Positions 34,359 to 44,202 of a stretch of DNA of 59,380 nucleotides are shown piece after piece. Positions within the stretch are counted from its first letter, which is position 1. The number at the start of each line of letters is the position of its first letter. Below the pieces are notes generated by a model that saw nothing but the letters and a program-made list of their open reading frames with translations, did no database searches and was not told the DNA's origin. This stretch comes from a virus (lineage: Duplodnaviria > Caudoviricetes): positions 1-59,380 of IMG/VR virus record IMGVR_UViG_3300049982_000026; one strand, given 5' to 3'. Both the position numbers and the translations under genes were made by a program.

Positions 34359-36014
34359 ATGACCAACGAACTGCACCAGCTTCTCGACCACATCGGATAC
34401 AAGGCGCGGCCGCAGCAGGAGAAGCTCTTCGATCTCCTCTCTGGCGTGTCCACGACCGGCGTCATAGCCCAGGCGGGCACCGGCACCGGCAAGTCCATTG
34501 CAGTCCTGGCGGCAGCAGCCAGGGCCTTCCACACTACCGGAGTACAGAGCTTGGTGGTGACCCCGACTCGCATCCTGATGGACCAGTACATGGCCAAGGA
34601 CGCCCCGGCCGCTGCCGAGTGCTTCGGCCTGAAGATCGCCGAACTGCGCGGCCGCCGGTGGTACGAGTGCGACCTGTCCGCCGACCTGGTTGGGCCGTCG
34701 GAGGAGTCGCCGGGCTGCATGGGCCGCGACGTCGACTGCTCGATCAAGGGCTGGATGGGCCTGGAGGACGACCCGGACGTCCACTGGCAGACCCTGAGCG
34801 AGGAGGAATTCACTCCGCAGTACCGGTGCGGCTACCAGGAGGCGAAGTACCACGCGGCGCGGGCCAACATCGTCGTCACGAACACCGACTTCTGGGTGAT
34901 CAACGACCGGACGCTGCCCGACCCGATCTTCTCGCTGTACGGCGCCGTCTTCGTAGACGAGGCCCACCAGCTCGAGGCCAAACTGAAGGACTACGCCGGT
35001 CGGTCGGTCCGGGAGAAGGAGCTCCGGACGCACTACGGCGAGGCTGGGCACCTCATGTCCAAGATGCTCGAGCGGCACCGCGACGGCCGGGCGGACAAGA
35101 TCGGCGCCGGCATCGCGGCCCAGGTGAAGGTCCTGCTCGAGCGCGGCCCGGACAAGCGCGACAACGGCACGATCCCGGAGCGCGCGCAGGAGGTCCAGGA
35201 GGCCCTGGAGAAGATCTACTTCCGGATCACCGACGAGTCGGACAACGTCATCATCTGGTCGGACGGCTGGGCGCTCAAGATGGACTGGATCGACATCAGC
35301 GCGTCGGCGCGCGGCCTGCTGCAGTCCCGGCCGTTCGGGCTCGTCTCGGCGACCATCCCGAGCTCGATGCCGTCGGCGCTGGGCGTGGCGGACGCGACCG
35401 TGGCTGACGTCGGGCACCCGTTCGACTACGCCAAGCAGGCGACGCTGACGATCTCGGAGACCGATGGCTCGTTCAAGTACGCCGGGTCCAAGGCCAACTT
35501 CGAGAAGCGTGTAAACGAGCTGAAGGAGCACATCAACAACACCAAGGGCGGCTGCCTGCTCCTGTTCAGCGCGTTCGCCGACATGAAGCGGGTCTACGAC
35601 GCCATCGCGGGCGAGATGATGCTCAACGGCCGGACGGTCCTGCTCCAGAACGACCAGATTAACCCGAAGACGAACGACGAGCTCGCCGCGATCTTCAAGG
35701 AGGACGGCAGCGCGGTCCTGTTCGGCTCGGAGAGCTTCGCGACCGGGTTCGACGTACCGGGCGACGCCCTGGAGCTGGTCAGCCTCTGGAAGCTGCCGTA
35801 CCCCGGCAAGGACCCGGTCACCGAGGCCCTGATGAAGCGCTTCTACCCCCGCTACAAGGACCTGATGCTGACCCGCATCGTCCAGGGCGCCGGGCGGCTC
35901 ATCCGGACCGAGACCGACCGTGGCCACCTCCACATCGCGGACTCGCGCGCGGAGAGCATCGTCACGAGCAAGGATCTGATGGTTCGGCATCTAGGCGAAT
36001 TCGCCCGGAGCTGA
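34359..36014 (+). CDS. DinG/XPD-family SF2 helicase
   Basis: RPQQ Q-motif, QAGTGTGKS, DEAH, SAT, LFSAF, FATGFDVPG, KLPYP, QGAGRLIR; four Cys in the Fe-S region. Confidence 0.92.
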   Translation: MTNELHQLLDHIGYKARPQQEKLFDLLSGVSTTGVIAQAGTGTGKSIAVLAAAARAFHTTGVQSLVVTPTRILMDQYMAKDAPAAAECFGLKIAELRGRRWYECDLSADLVGPSEESPGCMGRDVDCSIKGWMGLEDDPDVHWQTLSEEEFTPQYRCGYQEAKYHAARANIVVTNTDFWVINDRTLPDPIFSLYGAVFVDEAHQLEAKLKDYAGRSVREKELRTHYGEAGHLMSKMLERHRDGRADKIGAGIAAQVKVLLERGPDKRDNGTIPERAQEVQEALEKIYFRITDESDNVIIWSDGWALKMDWIDISASARGLLQSRPFGLVSATIPSSMPSALGVADATVADVGHPFDYAKQATLTISETDGSFKYAGSKANFEKRVNELKEHINNTKGGCLLLFSAFADMKRVYDAIAGEMMLNGRTVLLQNDQINPKTNDELAAIFKEDGSAVLFGSESFATGFDVPGDALELVSLWKLPYPGKDPVTEALMKRFYPRYKDLMLTRIVQGAGRLIRTETDRGHLHIADSRAESIVTSKDLMVRHLGEFARS

Positions 36015-36225
36015 TAGGGTTTCACCATCGCGAAGAGGGACCGAGGACACACCGGACTTACCAGCGCAAGTGCGCGATGGTCGAGCGCGAGGTCACGCCG
36101 CCGCAGGCATGAGAGCCCACTCGAACCGCAGAAGAAAGCCGGATCAGATCCTCGGTCCCTCGCCTTTTGATACCCTGGGGTCGACGGTGGGGCAGAGCCC
36201 GCCGCAGAGACCGCAGGAGGTCGCA

Positions 36226-36654
36226 GTGAGCACCGTACTACTGGCAGGATCCATCCGGGAGGCCAACGCCTACCGTCTGGACACCGGCAAGCGCTTCGCT
36301 CGCATGGCGACCATCCCGAAGCAGGTCAATCACGCGACCACGATCATCGAGCTCCCCGGGTTCAAGAACCGCCGCGACAGGTTCGCGCTGCAGAACGCCC
36401 GCGACGCTCGGATCAAGTACGGCCACGGCGTCGAGTACATCGACGCCTACGACTGGGTTCCGGCACCGAAGGTCGTCGAGGAGGTCGAGGCACTCGAGGT
36501 GCTGAACGAGGACCTCCAGTTCGGCGACCTGACCGACGAGGAGACCCTGGTGGCGCTCAAGGCGGCGCTGAACGAGGTCGGCCTCACCCTGAAGAAGCTG
36601 CCGCAGAAGACCAAGGCCGAGGCGCCCGTGGTCGATGCTCCGGACGGTGTCTGA
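36226..36654 (+). CDS. Hypothetical protein
   Basis: AGGAGG RBS; coupled to terS. Confidence 0.7.
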   Translation: MSTVLLAGSIREANAYRLDTGKRFARMATIPKQVNHATTIIELPGFKNRRDRFALQNARDARIKYGHGVEYIDAYDWVPAPKVVEEVEALEVLNEDLQFGDLTDEETLVALKAALNEVGLTLKKLPQKTKAEAPVVDAPDGV

Positions 36655-37178
36655 TGGGCGCGCGCGGACCGGTCGGCAAGAAGAACGACGCGAAGATGGG
36701 TCACCGCACCAAGGCCGAGCTGGCCGGCGCGGACATCGTCAACCTCGACGAGATCGACGACGAGCTCATCCGGAAGGCCCGAGCGGGCCAGATCCCGGGT
36801 GACGAGAAGTGGCACCCCGTCGCGAAGCACTGGTACGACAGCCTGCCGGAGTCCGGCCAGAGCATCTACTACCAGCCGTCCGACTGGGCCATCGCCTACC
36901 TGCTGGCCGAGTCGCTGAGCCGCGACTTCAAGCCGCAGTTCGTCGGCGTCAACGAGGAGTCGGGCGAGCCGATCTTCGAGACGATCCCACTGAAGGGCGC
37001 CTCGCTGGGCGCCTACCTCAAGGGCTTCACCGCGCTGCTGGCAACCGAGGGCGACCGCCGCCGGATGCAGATCGAGCTCGAGCGCGAATCACTCAAGGGC
37101 CAGGGCAAGGACGACGTGACCGAGGACGGAGTCGTTCTCGACCGGGCCGCCATGTTCAAGCAGGGAGGACGAGCCTGA
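36654..37178 (+). CDS. terS: Terminase small subunit
   Basis: MGARGPVGK...WHP...YYQPSDW...LLATEGDRRR, as in L5-type small terminases. Confidence 0.85.
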   Translation: MGARGPVGKKNDAKMGHRTKAELAGADIVNLDEIDDELIRKARAGQIPGDEKWHPVAKHWYDSLPESGQSIYYQPSDWAIAYLLAESLSRDFKPQFVGVNEESGEPIFETIPLKGASLGAYLKGFTALLATEGDRRRMQIELERESLKGQGKDDVTEDGVVLDRAAMFKQGGRA

Positions 37179-37330
37179 TGGCCAAGTGCGAGAAGTGCGG
37201 GTACGACGAGGACAGCTTCGCGTGCAAGATCCGCCACCTCCAGATCAACACCGGCGACGCCAAGGCGGGCTCAACGGCCGGTCGGAAGCAGACCGTCGAG
37301 ATCACCCCGAACGGCCGCGTGCTGAGATGA
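37178..37330 (+). CDS. Small Zn-binding hypothetical protein
   Basis: CEKC...C; GGAGG RBS. Confidence 0.55.
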   Translation: MAKCEKCGYDEDSFACKIRHLQINTGDAKAGSTAGRKQTVEITPNGRVLR

Positions 37331-37446
37331 TCCCGCTGCTGACGACGGGTGACGCCGTCGGCATCCTGATCATCATCGTGCTGTGGCTCGTGTTCGTCAC
37401 CCTCCTGGGCGTGGCGATCGGACGGAAGATCTCCCGGAGGAAGTAA
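37327..37446 (+). CDS. Small membrane protein
   Basis: One TM helix; coupled on both sides. Confidence 0.55.
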   Translation: MIPLLTTGDAVGILIIIVLWLVFVTLLGVAIGRKISRRK

Positions 37447-39350
37447 TGACGACGCTGGTCGACGAGCTGACCGGCCCACAAGAGGCCGTCGTCGAGCCGG
37501 TCGCCATCGGGCCCACCTGGCAGCGCAATCCAGACTGGGACGGTGAGAACCCGCTCGACGAGTTTGTGCTGCCCGAGTGGACCCTGGGCTGGCAGATCCT
37601 CGTGTGGATCCGGGAGAACCTACTGGCCGACGAGGTGGACGAGTACGGCAAGCCGATGCCGTTCAACCCGACCGACGAGCAGAAGCGCTTCATCCTGTGG
37701 TGGTACGCCATCGACGCGCGCGGCCGCTTCATCTACAGGGAGGGTGTTCTACAGCGTCTCAAGGGCTGGGGAAAGGACCCGATCGCTGCGTGCATCGCGG
37801 CCGTCGAGCTGGTCGGCCCCTGTCGCTTCATGGGTTGGACGACCCGCCGCCGCCCGGACATCGGCCTGGAGATCGGCGACCCGATCGGCAAGTCGCACCC
37901 GCGCGCGTGGATCCAGATCGCTGCGGTCTCGAAGGACCAGACGAAGAACACGATGACCCTGTTCCCCGGGCTGTTTACACAGGCCTGCAAGGACAAGCAC
38001 GGGATCACCATCGGTAAGGAGGTCTGCTACGCGTACGACGGCGCGCGGCGGATCGAGGCCGTCACCAGCTCGCCGAAGACGCTCGAGGGCGGCCGGCCGA
38101 CGCTGGTCATCATGAACGAGACCCACCACTGGCTCGCGAACAACGAGGGCCACGAGATGAACGCCGTCATCAGCCGTAACGCCACCAAGAGCAAGGGCGG
38201 TACGGCGCGGCGCCTCGCGATCACCAACGCCTACGAGCCCAGCCAGGACAGCGTGGCCCAGCGCCGCCGCGAGACCTGGGAGGAGCAGGAGGCTGGCCTG
38301 ACCGCGAAGACCGGCATCATGTACGACTCCCTGGAGGCTCCGCCGGATGCCACGATGCGCCCGCCGAAGATCCGGGACAGCTCGGGCAAGCTGGTCGAGC
38401 AGAACGAGCAGGCGATCCGCGACCACCTGGCCGCGATCATCCGGGGCGTGCGCGGCGACGCCTGGTGGCTCGATGTCGACGGACTGGTCGACGCCATCCT
38501 GGACAAGGAGAACCCGGTCAGCCGGTCGCGCCGGTTCTGGTTCAACCAGATCGTCGCCTCTGAGGACGCCTGGCTCGACCCGGCCGCGATCAAGGCCGCC
38601 ATCGACCCTCTCCTCGCCGAGCAGCGCAAGCAGCCGGACGTGGACGACCTGCGCGTCGGCTGGCGGAACATCATGCCCGATGAGGACGTCGTCATGTTCT
38701 TCGACGGCTCGAAGTCCGACGACGCCACGGCCATCGTTGGCTGCCGGGTCAGCGACAGCTTCATCTTCACGATCGGTGTTTGGCAGAAGCCGAACGGCGA
38801 ACGGGGCAAGACCTGGACGGTGCCGCGTGGCTCTGTCGACGCCCGCGTGCGCGAGGCGATGGCCACCTTCAACGTCGTCGGCTTCTGGGCCGACCCGTCT
38901 CACGCTACGGACGACACCGACGGAACCCGCTACTGGGACGCCCTCATCGACGAGTGGCACCAGACCTTCAAGGACGACCTGAAGGTCTGGGCGACCAAGT
39001 CCGGCCTGTCGACGCACTCCATCATGTTCGACCTGGCCAGCCCGGAGCGCCAGCGGCTCTTCGTCGGCGCCGCCGAGGAGTTCGTCGAGATGATGGAGTC
39101 CAAGAACGACATCGAGGAGTACGAGCCGCAGTTCCAGATCGACGGCCACCCGGCCCTGGTCAACCACATGCGCAACGCTCGGCGCTACCCGGGCAAGTTC
39201 GGCATCTCGCTGATGAAGGACAACCGCGAGTCGTCGCGTAAGATCGACCTAGCGGTCGCGGCCGTCGGCGCCCGGCTCTGCCGGCGTAGCCTGCTGAACA
39301 CCGAGAAGCCCGAGGAGGACCGCAGTGGCGAAGTCTGGGGCGCGTGGTAG
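37446..39350 (+). CDS. terL: Terminase large subunit
   Basis: LQRLKGWGKDP, AAVSKDQTKNT, EGGRPT, NETHHW, FDGSKSDDATA, RKIDLAVA. Confidence 0.95.
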   Translation: MTTLVDELTGPQEAVVEPVAIGPTWQRNPDWDGENPLDEFVLPEWTLGWQILVWIRENLLADEVDEYGKPMPFNPTDEQKRFILWWYAIDARGRFIYREGVLQRLKGWGKDPIAACIAAVELVGPCRFMGWTTRRRPDIGLEIGDPIGKSHPRAWIQIAAVSKDQTKNTMTLFPGLFTQACKDKHGITIGKEVCYAYDGARRIEAVTSSPKTLEGGRPTLVIMNETHHWLANNEGHEMNAVISRNATKSKGGTARRLAITNAYEPSQDSVAQRRRETWEEQEAGLTAKTGIMYDSLEAPPDATMRPPKIRDSSGKLVEQNEQAIRDHLAAIIRGVRGDAWWLDVDGLVDAILDKENPVSRSRRFWFNQIVASEDAWLDPAAIKAAIDPLLAEQRKQPDVDDLRVGWRNIMPDEDVVMFFDGSKSDDATAIVGCRVSDSFIFTIGVWQKPNGERGKTWTVPRGSVDARVREAMATFNVVGFWADPSHATDDTDGTRYWDALIDEWHQTFKDDLKVWATKSGLSTHSIMFDLASPERQRLFVGAAEEFVEMMESKNDIEEYEPQFQIDGHPALVNHMRNARRYPGKFGISLMKDNRESSRKIDLAVAAVGARLCRRSLLNTEKPEEDRSGEVWGAW

Positions 39351-39531
39351 CTGGCTGAAGGACAACCAGTACCTCATCCGCGCGATCTTCTGGAGCTGCA
39401 TGGCGGTGCCGACCCTGCTGTTCTGGCGGGACTCGGTGGCGCTGGTGCTGGTGATCAGCCTGGCCACGCAGATCGACACCTCCCTCGGCGCCCACGAGGC
39501 CCGGAAGGCTCGCAAGGAGAACGGCGACTAG
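39325..39531 (+). CDS. Small membrane protein
   Basis: Two hydrophobic segments; GAGGAGG upstream. Confidence 0.55.
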   Translation: MAKSGARGSWLKDNQYLIRAIFWSCMAVPTLLFWRDSVALVLVISLATQIDTSLGAHEARKARKENGD

Positions 39532-39546
39532 GCGTACGCTGGAAGC

Positions 39547-39663
39547 ATGCCCGGCAAGAAGGTCAAGCGGTGGGCGCAGTATCACGCACTGCGCAAGAAG
39601 GGTATGTCCAAGACCCGGGCCGCCAAGATCGCGAACAAGCGTCGGCGCCGGAAGAAGCGCTGA
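39547..39663 (+). CDS. 38-aa extremely basic peptide
   Basis: MPGKKVKRWAQYHALRKKGMSKTRAAKIANKRRRRKKR; TACGCT -10 box 6 nt upstream. Confidence 0.65.
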   Translation: MPGKKVKRWAQYHALRKKGMSKTRAAKIANKRRRRKKR

Positions 39664-39721
39664 GCGCCTGGTAACCTGGACTTGCCTGGGGGTAAGTCCG
39701 GGTTACCACTATGGAGGACAC

Positions 39722-40135
39722 ATGCCCACTCTTTCGAGCGCTCGCCGGAACGCGGCCGCCGCTGGTCACACCGACGCGATCGACAGCGGTTCGGGCCCTG
39801 GCCTCATCCGGATCTACTCCGGCTCGAAGCCCGCTGGTCCCGACACGGCGATCACGAGCCAGGTCCTCCTGGCGGAGTTCACCTGTGCGGACCCGGCCTT
39901 CACCGCCGGGGCCACCGGAGTCCGGACCCTCGACGCCACGCCCGCTCTGACGGCCGAGGGCCTGGCTGCCGGTACCGCCACCTGGTACCGTGCGGTCTCG
40001 AGCGACAACGTGGCGCACCTCGATGGCACCGTCAGCGACGAGGCCGGAGCTGGCGAGCTGAAGATGAACACCACCACGATCTCCGTCGGCCTGGACCTCC
40101 AGATCACCTCCGGCACGCTGACCCAGCCGGCGTGA
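39722..40135 (+). CDS. Putative virion structural protein
   Basis: LIRIYSGSKPA...GTATWYRA...DGTVS beta-rich pattern; GGAGG RBS. Confidence 0.7.
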   Translation: MPTLSSARRNAAAAGHTDAIDSGSGPGLIRIYSGSKPAGPDTAITSQVLLAEFTCADPAFTAGATGVRTLDATPALTAEGLAAGTATWYRAVSSDNVAHLDGTVSDEAGAGELKMNTTTISVGLDLQITSGTLTQPA

Positions 40136-40139
40136 TCGC

Positions 40140-41264
40140 ATGGCGCTCGAACTCGAGCTCAGCTACGACGAAGCGTCCGGCGCTGCACTAGACAGCTCTG
40201 GGCATGGCCGCGATCTGACGATCGCTGGCAACCTGCTTCGTACGGCCGATGGCGGCGGACACACTGGCAGGGGGCTCACGCAGAACGCCGCCGAGTCGTC
40301 CGCCGGTCCGGCCATCACCGGTCTGCAGACGACGTCGCGCACCTGGATGGCGTGGATCAAGTTCAACACCTCTGTGACCGCCTGGGTCATGGAGTTCTAC
40401 GCCTCCGCTGAGGACACCGGCGTCTGGGGCCTGCTGGACCTCGGTGGCACCATCCGCTTCCGGGCCAAGAACGCCTCGAACACCATCTTCGAGTCGACGG
40501 CTATCGCGCGCAACGTCGGCGTCTGGCAGCACATTGCCGCGACGCACGACGGCGCCAACCTGAAGGTCTACGTCAACGGCACTCTGCTGAGCACGACCGC
40601 CATGGCCTTCGCGGTCAAGACGGCCGACGTGTTCCGGATCCTGGACCAGACCGGCTCCCAGGTGACCATCGACGACAGCCGCCTCTTCAGCACCGCGCTG
40701 ACCGAGTCCGAGATCGCCACCTGGATGGCCACGCCCGCCGGGGCCGCTCCGGCGAACCAGGGCACACTCACCGGCAGCTTCTCCTCGCCGACGGCCAGCC
40801 TGGCGGCGAACGGTAGCGTTCCGGCCGTGCTATCGGGATCGTTCAGCTCGCCGGCCGCTTCGATGACTGTCACGGCTGCTTCAGAAGTAACCGTAGAGGG
40901 TACTTTCGCAGCACCGGTGACAGCGATCGCCGCTGATGCCTCGGCTGCCGCCGCACTGGCCGGGAGCTTCGCCGCCCCGACGTTCAGTTCTCAGGGCAGT
41001 TCAGTCCCACCGAACAGCGGTGGAGTGAACGGCTCGTTCGCCTCCCCGAGTGCAACCTTCTCGGTACGATCCAGCATCGATGTCTCAATGATTGGGACAT
41101 TCAGTATTCCGGCCTTCACCGGAAGTGGCGGCGTACCGATGCCGGATCGCGATATCCTGGTCACCATCAGGCCTGGGGACAGCTCGACGACCTCAATCGC
41201 GGCCGGGCCGGAGCGCACCAGCGTGACGGCAGGAGACTTCCGTAGGACCGAGATAGGGGCCTGA
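40140..41264 (+). CDS. LamG/concanavalin-like domain protein with a repetitive beta stalk
   Basis: WQHIAATHDGANLKVYVNG...IDDSRLFSTALTESEI; repeated G(S/T)F(S/A)xP units. Confidence 0.82.
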   Translation: MALELELSYDEASGAALDSSGHGRDLTIAGNLLRTADGGGHTGRGLTQNAAESSAGPAITGLQTTSRTWMAWIKFNTSVTAWVMEFYASAEDTGVWGLLDLGGTIRFRAKNASNTIFESTAIARNVGVWQHIAATHDGANLKVYVNGTLLSTTAMAFAVKTADVFRILDQTGSQVTIDDSRLFSTALTESEIATWMATPAGAAPANQGTLTGSFSSPTASLAANGSVPAVLSGSFSSPAASMTVTAASEVTVEGTFAAPVTAIAADASAAAALAGSFAAPTFSSQGSSVPPNSGGVNGSFASPSATFSVRSSIDVSMIGTFSIPAFTGSGGVPMPDRDILVTIRPGDSSTTSIAAGPERTSVTAGDFRRTEIGA

Positions 41265-41267
41265 TCA

Positions 41268-41597
41268 ATGGACAGCAAGTGGAGGAACGGGTCGAAGCAG
41301 TTCATCGACTTCACCGTGACCCTGAAGGACCCGGAGGGTGAGCTCACCCTGGCCGAGGTGCAGGCGATCGAGTTCGACGTGGCGATCACGCAGAGCTCGG
41401 ACACGCCCGCGCGCGACGCCGCCGACTGGATCACCCCGTCGGTCGCCAAGGACGTCACCGAGGTCGATGGCGCCTTCGTGGTCGAGATCAAGCACCTCTA
41501 CGAGGCCACCGTCAAGGGCCTGAATGCGGTGTGGGTGAAGTTCGGCCCGACCCCCGAGGAGCCCATCTACCAGGCTGTCACGTTCGTGGTCCTGTAA
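41268..41597 (+). CDS. Putative virion adaptor protein (Ig-like)
   Basis: Beta-rich, WVKFGPTPEEPI; follows the LamG gene. Confidence 0.55.
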   Translation: MDSKWRNGSKQFIDFTVTLKDPEGELTLAEVQAIEFDVAITQSSDTPARDAADWITPSVAKDVTEVDGAFVVEIKHLYEATVKGLNAVWVKFGPTPEEPIYQAVTFVVL

Positions 41598-41634
41598 CCT
41601 GGCGCTGACACCTACTAGGATTAGGAGGCCCGCC

Positions 41635-43152
41635 GTGGTCATGAGTGCCGGCCAGGTAAAGGGCCTCGCGCGCGAGAATTTCCCGTCGTTCCTGCGTCAG
41701 CGCGAGAACGTCACGATCCTCGACGCTTGGGCCCGGGGTGAGCAGCGACAGGCCGAAGCCCACGGAATCCACGGCGTGACCGGTGAGCCGTACGCGCCGC
41801 GCCAGGTCACCGACGAGTACACGCAGCTCTCCCGCCTCTCGCCGAACCCGCTCGGCGGACTGGTCGTCACCTCGCTGGCCCAGACCGTCTACGTCGACGG
41901 AGTACGGCGCACCGGCGGCGACCCGTCAAAGAACATGGACGTGTGGAACACCTGGCAGCAGAACGGCTGGGACGCCAAGCAGATCCCGCTGCACCGCGCC
42001 GCCATCACCCACGGCCTCTCCTTCGCGACCACGCGGCCGGACAAGGACCCGCTGACCGGCGACAAGATGGCTAAGATGTCCGCCTTCTCGGCGAAGCGCA
42101 TGGCTGCGTTCTACGACGACCCCAACGACGAGTGGCCGAGCTTCGCGATCCAGGCCGACCCGATCAACCGGTTCGAGGGCTTCCAGAACGAGTGGACCGT
42201 CACGGTCATCGACGACGAGGCGGCCTACTACCTTTCGTGCGAGAACAACGGCTACGACCTGGACGACTGGGTCTTCATCTCGTACGAGGAGCACGGCATG
42301 AAGGTGCCGCCGATCGTGCGCTACTCCAACACGATCGACCTGGACGGCCGGGCGACGGGAGAGATCGAGGCCATCCTCCCGATGCTGGCCAGGATCGACC
42401 AGAACACGTTCGACCGGCTGATCGTGCAGCGCTTCGGCGCCTGGAAGGTTCGGTACATCGCCGGCATGGCCAAGCCGTCCGACACGACCGACAAGGTCGC
42501 GCACGCGATGCGGCTGAAGATCGAGGACCTGCTCATCTCGAGCAACCCCGAGACGAAGTTCGGCACGCTGGACGCCACGGACATGAAGGGCTTCCTGGAG
42601 GCCGACGACCACGACCTGCGCATGCTGGCCGCGATCACCCAGACTCCGCCGCACCACATGCTCGGCCTGAGCTCCAATCTGCAGGCCGAGGCGCTGGCCG
42701 CCGCCACCGAGGGGCTCATGCGCAAGTCGGGCGACTTCCGGATGGTCAACGGCCAGTCCCACGAGCAGCTCTTCCGGCTTACGGCGTACGCCAACGGCAA
42801 CGCGGAGGAGGCGCGGGCGACCGACATGCAGGTCCGCTGGCGCGACACCGAGTCCCGAAGCCTCGTTCAAACGGCCAATGGCCTCGCCCTCGTCGCCACC
42901 GCACTGAAGGTCCCGGTGCAGATGCTCTGGGAGCGGCTGCCGGGCTGGACCGACGGTGACACCGAGCGTGCGATGAAGCTGGTCGAGCAGGGCACCTTCG
43001 AGAAGCTGGTCGCCGAGCTCGAGTCGGACATCGCAGTCGACTCGGCCAAGGCGATGCAGGAGGCCGTCCCGCCGGAGCAGACCTCGGCGGTCGGCGCCAA
43101 GAACGCCGCGTCGAAGGGCGCCAACGGCGGCAAGAGCTCCGGGAGCAAGTGA
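41635..43152 (+). CDS. Portal protein (SPP1 gp6-like)
   Basis: WNTWQQNGWD...PPIVRYSN...GEIE...RIDQ...QRFGAWKVRYIAG...ITQTPPH; position after terL. Confidence 0.92.
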   Translation: MVMSAGQVKGLARENFPSFLRQRENVTILDAWARGEQRQAEAHGIHGVTGEPYAPRQVTDEYTQLSRLSPNPLGGLVVTSLAQTVYVDGVRRTGGDPSKNMDVWNTWQQNGWDAKQIPLHRAAITHGLSFATTRPDKDPLTGDKMAKMSAFSAKRMAAFYDDPNDEWPSFAIQADPINRFEGFQNEWTVTVIDDEAAYYLSCENNGYDLDDWVFISYEEHGMKVPPIVRYSNTIDLDGRATGEIEAILPMLARIDQNTFDRLIVQRFGAWKVRYIAGMAKPSDTTDKVAHAMRLKIEDLLISSNPETKFGTLDATDMKGFLEADDHDLRMLAAITQTPPHHMLGLSSNLQAEALAAATEGLMRKSGDFRMVNGQSHEQLFRLTAYANGNAEEARATDMQVRWRDTESRSLVQTANGLALVATALKVPVQMLWERLPGWTDGDTERAMKLVEQGTFEKLVAELESDIAVDSAKAMQEAVPPEQTSAVGAKNAASKGANGGKSSGSK

Positions 43153-43298
43153 TGCTCGCCTCGGCCGTCGATGTCCTCAAGGCCATGTTCAAGGACCAGA
43201 AGGAGTTCCATAAGGCCACGCTTATAGAGCAGCGCGAGACCAATCGCCTGCTCCGCGTGCTGGCCGGGGAGGCTCCCCCACCGCCACGGAGGTACTGA
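43152..43298 (+). CDS. Small hypothetical protein
   Basis: TGATG-coupled at both ends. Confidence 0.55.
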   Translation: MLASAVDVLKAMFKDQKEFHKATLIEQRETNRLLRVLAGEAPPPPRRY

Positions 43299-44104
43299 TG
43301 GCAGTCACCGCCCAGGCGGCCGCGCTCACGGAGGCGCATCGTGCTGCCCAGGCCAAGAATGGCGCCACGGTGGCGTACGTCGTCGCCCAGCTCTGGATCC
43401 GGATGATCGACTCCGACGACATCAGTGGGTCGGCGGCCAAGCTGATCCTGCGGCTCATCCCCCTGCTCCGGCAGCGGCGTGACTTCTCGGCGATCCAGGC
43501 CCGCCAGTACTACCAGGCCTTCCGCAAGCTGGAGGTCCAGGGTGGCGACGGCTTCTCGCTGCCGGCCATGTCCGAGCTGAACCTCCAAGCCCTGGAGACC
43601 TCGCTGCGCGTCACCGGCGAGGTGTCCCTGAAGAAGCGCATCGCCGGACTGCCGCTGAACGATGGCATTCCGGCGCTGACTCAGCAGATGCTGATCAAGC
43701 AGGCCATCGAGGACACCTCGGTCGACATCTCCGGCGCCGCGACGCGCCACGTGATGAACGGCGGCCGGGACGAGCTCTCGAACATGGTCGCCGACGACCG
43801 AGAGGCGCTCGGCTACATCCGCGTCACCGATGGGGATCCCTGCTACTTCTGCGCGATGCTAGCCAGTCGCGGCCCGGTGTACGACGACCTCTCGTTCGAC
43901 CAGTCCGACCCGCGCTTCATCGGCGCCGGTGAGCACAAGGTCCACGACCACTGCGGATGCAGCGTCGAGCCGGTATTCGACCGGAAGACGAAGTGGCCGG
44001 GAAAGGCCCGCGCCGCCGAAACGGCCTGGATCGACCTCTCGCGCGAGCTCGGCCACGTGCCGACGATCAATGAATTCCGTCAGCGCTGGGAAGGTCGTGC
44101 CTGA
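43298..44104 (+). CDS. Head morphogenesis protein (L5 gp15/MuF-like)
   Basis: RVTDGDPCYFCAMLASRGPVY...HDHCGCSVEPVF. Confidence 0.85.
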   Translation: MAVTAQAAALTEAHRAAQAKNGATVAYVVAQLWIRMIDSDDISGSAAKLILRLIPLLRQRRDFSAIQARQYYQAFRKLEVQGGDGFSLPAMSELNLQALETSLRVTGEVSLKKRIAGLPLNDGIPALTQQMLIKQAIEDTSVDISGAATRHVMNGGRDELSNMVADDREALGYIRVTDGDPCYFCAMLASRGPVYDDLSFDQSDPRFIGAGEHKVHDHCGCSVEPVFDRKTKWPGKARAAETAWIDLSRELGHVPTINEFRQRWEGRA

Positions 44105-44202
44105 GATCCCAGCGATTGAGATGCGGGGTTGACATCCGATCTCGTATGCTCTAGCCATCGGGTGACTGCAGGAAGTTGCCCTCGAAGCCGTAGGAGGCTG
44201 AC

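Noticed and set aside
31597-39167. Long antisense ORFs (e.g. 31597-33162, 34347-35990, 37749-39167)
   Set aside because: Expected shadows of high-GC3 genes on the opposite strand; no motifs or SD
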